Positions 61,165 to 64,000 of a stretch of DNA of 64,000 nt are shown here, piece by piece. Source of the DNA: an uncultured delta proteobacterium (GTDB lineage Bacteria; Desulfobacterota; RBG-13-43-22). Position numbers and translations under genes: made by a program. The first letter of the stretch is position 1; every line of letters begins with the position of its first letter. Below the pieces are notes generated by a model. It was not told the origin of the DNA. It saw nothing but the letters and a program-made list of their open reading frames with translations, and did no database searches. The stretch is from contig CAWBOS010000012.1 in assembly GCA_963790475.1 (NCBI GenBank), positions 1,152,001 to 1,216,000 of the forward strand. Direction: 5' to 3'.

Positions 61165-61510
61165 GCGTTTTACCCAATTGGAAATCAATTGTAATAAGTA
61201 TCCCTTCATTTTCCTACTGGTTCTGTAGGAAAAACCATTCAAATTATTTTATCCAAATTGCTTGTATTTAAAAATAATAATATAATTCATCAAGTTATAT
61301 TTAACTATCCCCATGGCATATTCTTTGCTGAAGTAGTTGCTAAAGGCCTCTGGTTGTTTCGGCTATAAAAAAATTCAATCGGGTACCCTAACTTAACCCG
61401 GAATCCATAGCCGATTCAAAAGAAAAACCTGTCTCCTGTTTTAACCAAATTGAAAAAACGATTGAATAAAACCTATTAACTAATTGGTCAATTAAGGGGA
61501 GGCAAATATC

Positions 61511-61870
61511 ATGAAGATATTGATCGTGGATGATAATCAATCGGTGGCCTTTGTCGTTCAATCGATGTTGGAACTCAAAGGCCATATCGTCCGATTGGCT
61601 CTAAATGGACCTGATGGCTATGTAGCTTATATTCAATTTCGGCCGGATTTGGTCATAACCGACATCCAAATGCCCGGAGAAAACGGCTTTGAATTGATTA
61701 ATCACATCAGAAAACTTGATCCTTCGGTGAAGGCCATCTATATGAGCGCCAATCTGAATCAATTTTATTCTCTGCTTTTGGAGGAAAAAAGTAAGTTCCA
61801 TATACATTTTCTTGACAAACCGTTCACCATGGGAGAGTTGATCGACGGGGTTTCCCAATTGACCGGTTAG
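61511..61870 (+). CDS. Single-domain response regulator
   Basis: KILIVDD, PDLVITDIQMP, MSA, KPF. Confidence 0.92.
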   Translation: MKILIVDDNQSVAFVVQSMLELKGHIVRLALNGPDGYVAYIQFRPDLVITDIQMPGENGFELINHIRKLDPSVKAIYMSANLNQFYSLLLEEKSKFHIHFLDKPFTMGELIDGVSQLTG

Positions 61871-61879
61871 GAGGATAAG

Positions 61880-62221
61880 ATGGTTATCAAAAAAGAAACT
61901 TTGAAAAAGTCGGGGTTACTTTGGATTCTTTTCTTGATTCTGTCAGGTCCTTTGTTTACGGAAACGATCGGTTATGCCGCAACCGGAGCAAATAATGTCC
62001 CCAATCTCGTTTCGGAAAGATATCAGAGCGAAATACTTTCTCTGTTGGGACAACGAATAGAAAACCAACAGATAATGGATAAGGCCAGGGAAAAACTGCA
62101 ATCCCTGGATGATGAACAGCTGCGATTAATCGCTTCTCTTTCCGAACGTATCATGCTTAACCGATCGGCAGGGGCCGATGTGGCTTACCTGTTGTGGGCC
62201 GCTTTAATCATCCTTTCCTGA
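61880..62221 (+). CDS. Exported/membrane hypothetical protein
   Basis: Signal peptide; KLQSLDDEQLRLIASLS..AGADVAYLL. Confidence 0.65.
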   Translation: MVIKKETLKKSGLLWILFLILSGPLFTETIGYAATGANNVPNLVSERYQSEILSLLGQRIENQQIMDKAREKLQSLDDEQLRLIASLSERIMLNRSAGADVAYLLWAALIILS

Positions 62222-62339
62222 TTCTTTAATGTGAAAAGGGATTCATGGTATCAAATGCTCAAAGAGGGAGTCTTGGAGACGAAGGCTTTTCCCGCATAAC
62301 GGGATTAATCCCTCGGGACCTTTTTATAAAGGAGAAAAA

Positions 62340-62618
62340 ATGATGAAAAAGCTTATAAAGATTTTACACATCGATTCGAGTTGGAAAGTTATGTACTTTT
62401 TGATTCGTGGAGGAGTACAAATTAAATCGAAGGTTTCTCTGGAAACCGCCCTGTCCCTCCTGTCCAAACAAAAATTTGACTTAATCCTCTCCGAGCCGCT
62501 TAACATGGCCATCCTTACCCCTCAAGAACCAATTGAGAAAGAGATCATGGATAGTTTAAAGGGGTTGATGAAGAGGTTCTCCGGAGGATCCCTTGAATCT
62601 CAAACTGCACAGTGTTGA
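62340..62618 (+). CDS. Degenerate receiver-like small protein
   Basis: KILHID..SLETALSLL..FDLILSEP (E at phospho-Asp position), truncated. Confidence 0.55.
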   Translation: MMKKLIKILHIDSSWKVMYFLIRGGVQIKSKVSLETALSLLSKQKFDLILSEPLNMAILTPQEPIEKEIMDSLKGLMKRFSGGSLESQTAQC

Positions 62619-62822
62619 TCTTTGGTTTTTCCAAGGTAGATCCATCCTGATCAAAAACCCACAATAATTAATTCTGATCTTTTTGAACCAGGTATATTCC
62701 TGTTCCAAAAAGGAATTGATTCTCCCAATAGTCCCCAGAGGCAAGACTTGATTTCTCCTCTTGCGGGACTATTGATGTGGATCAATTTATTATTTTGAAA
62801 AATTATAAAGGAAATGAGTTAG

Positions 62823-63803
62823 ATGCACAGAAAAGGCTGGTCAATAAATCGAAGGTTGGTATGGATCCCAAATAGACCTTCAGGAGACTGGATCAGGGGT
62901 TCGGCCCACCTTTTCCGCCATCTGTTTATCATCGCCTTGAGTGTCTCCATTGTATTGTCTCTGCCCCTTTGGGTGAGTTTTATCGTCCGAAAGGTGTTGA
63001 TCTATTGGTCTTTTATCGGAAATGAAAAAATATTTCTGGCCTCGATGGAAATCATCCTGGCGGTTCTCTTAATCCTCTTTTCCAATTACATCGGAAAAAA
63101 CTGGAGGAATAAGAAACTTTCGGCCATGGCCCGAACCGCCGGATTGGTCATGGTCTTGCCGGCGAGAGGGGTCCTGGCACATAGAAGGATCAGGAAATTA
63201 ATGGAGAAACAGGGATTCGCCAGAGATGTTATGATTCTTGGTTCAACGGGGAACAGGACTTTTGGAGAACCTGGGGGGGAATTGCTTCAGCTAATCCAAC
63301 ATTGCCGGGAGGCAAAGATTATGCTCCTTAATCCGGACGACATGAAATCCACCGCGAACACCGAGGGTATCTCCCTTACAGCCAGCACTCCGGAAATACA
63401 GAGGGAACAAATAAGCGGGAGCATCGATTTCCTGAAACGCCTTAAGATTGTCCAAAAAAATATCAAATTAAAACTCTATTCGGGGACCCCGTTAATTAGA
63501 CTCACGATCCTGGGGGATTACCTCTGGCTCCAGCATTACCCTGCTGACTTTGACATAGAGGGCATGCCGAAATACGTCTTCAAACATGGACAGAACCCCG
63601 GAGGCCTCTATATCCCTTTTTATCAATATTTTTGGGACAAATGGAACTGTCCGGACATCCCGGAATATGATCTGGATAATGATGAACTTATTTTTAGAGA
63701 CCTGAACGGAAACGAATGTCGAAGAGGGAGGCTGAACCTTCTTGCTTTACCCGTCTCCTCCCAGGCCGACCATAAAGAATCTTCCGGGCAAACCGGCATC
63801 TGA
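62823..63803 (+). CDS. Two-TM protein with cytoplasmic DUF5919/TrmB-like domain
   Basis: TMs then VMILGSTG..KIMLLNP..IKLKLY..LGDYLWLQHY..FYQYFWDKW. Confidence 0.55.
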   Translation: MHRKGWSINRRLVWIPNRPSGDWIRGSAHLFRHLFIIALSVSIVLSLPLWVSFIVRKVLIYWSFIGNEKIFLASMEIILAVLLILFSNYIGKNWRNKKLSAMARTAGLVMVLPARGVLAHRRIRKLMEKQGFARDVMILGSTGNRTFGEPGGELLQLIQHCREAKIMLLNPDDMKSTANTEGISLTASTPEIQREQISGSIDFLKRLKIVQKNIKLKLYSGTPLIRLTILGDYLWLQHYPADFDIEGMPKYVFKHGQNPGGLYIPFYQYFWDKWNCPDIPEYDLDNDELIFRDLNGNECRRGRLNLLALPVSSQADHKESSGQTGI

Positions 63804-64000
63804 CCTAAGTCGCTCTTATTCGAAAATGATATTTTCGGATGAGAGCTATCAGCGATTAGCGGTCAGCTTTTAGAAAACCCTTTTAAAAGTGCTTTTGCAG
63901 ATGCTATAGGCTAATCGCTATCCGTTTCATCTGAGTATTAAATCGTCCCTATTCCCTGGCTTTTCCGGTTAGGTGATTAATGGTTATTTTTATTATCCTG

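Larger units (their letters stand above)
51569..61172 (+). mobile_element. Mu-type transposable element carrying tape measure and major capsid genes (candidate transposable phage satellite); ends approximate
   Basis: DDE transposase + AAA ATPase, co-oriented genes, AAACCTATTT boxes near both ends, AT-rich flanks. Confidence 0.75.

Noticed and set aside
51569-61172. CRISPR-associated or Tn7/Tn5053-type transposon
   Set aside because: No TniQ/TnsD, TnsA, resolvase, Cas gene or array visible; cargo is phage structural genes.
51569-61172. Complete prophage or gene transfer agent
   Set aside because: Too small; no recognisable terminase, portal, tail tube, baseplate or lysis genes, and both flanks are ordinary host genes. 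A deleted prophage remains an alternative that cannot be excluded.
61469-61477. Additional AAACCTATT box extending the element to ~61480
   Set aside because: Only a 9-nt match in AT-rich promoter DNA and lacks the TGC extension.

Overview
Bacterial genomic window that looks like an anaerobic deltaproteobacterium (Desulfobacterota-like gene content; taxonomy is inference). 1-13 kb is housekeeping (rlmD end, methyltransferase, M18 aminopeptidase, waaA, carAB, purF, kdsD, pfkA), with several 1-nt frameshifts that are probably sequencing indels. 13-51 kb is an accessory mosaic: a two-component/Spy-like module, a decayed VapBC pair, a peptidase-propeller-Omp85 protein, a partly duplicated operon with four in-frame UGA (selenocysteine) genes plus radical SAM, an ArsR/acyl-CoA dehydrogenase/Cys-rich peptide cluster, a MITE-disrupted HIT gene, a Sec-rhodanese/ferritin fusion, a NikR-regulated Ni/Co ECF transporter and a MocR regulator. 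The standout is a compact ~9.6 kb element (~51.57-61.17 kb) bounded by repeated AAACCTATTT(GC) boxes. It encodes a Mu-type DDE transposase, a MuB-like ATPase, small regulators, and only two recognisable virion genes (tape measure, major capsid). These two sit behind a terminator/antiterminator-like RNA leader, and no terminase, portal, tail tube, baseplate or lysis genes are recognisable. It is a candidate transposable phage satellite. All calls come from reading motifs by eye; no searches were run.
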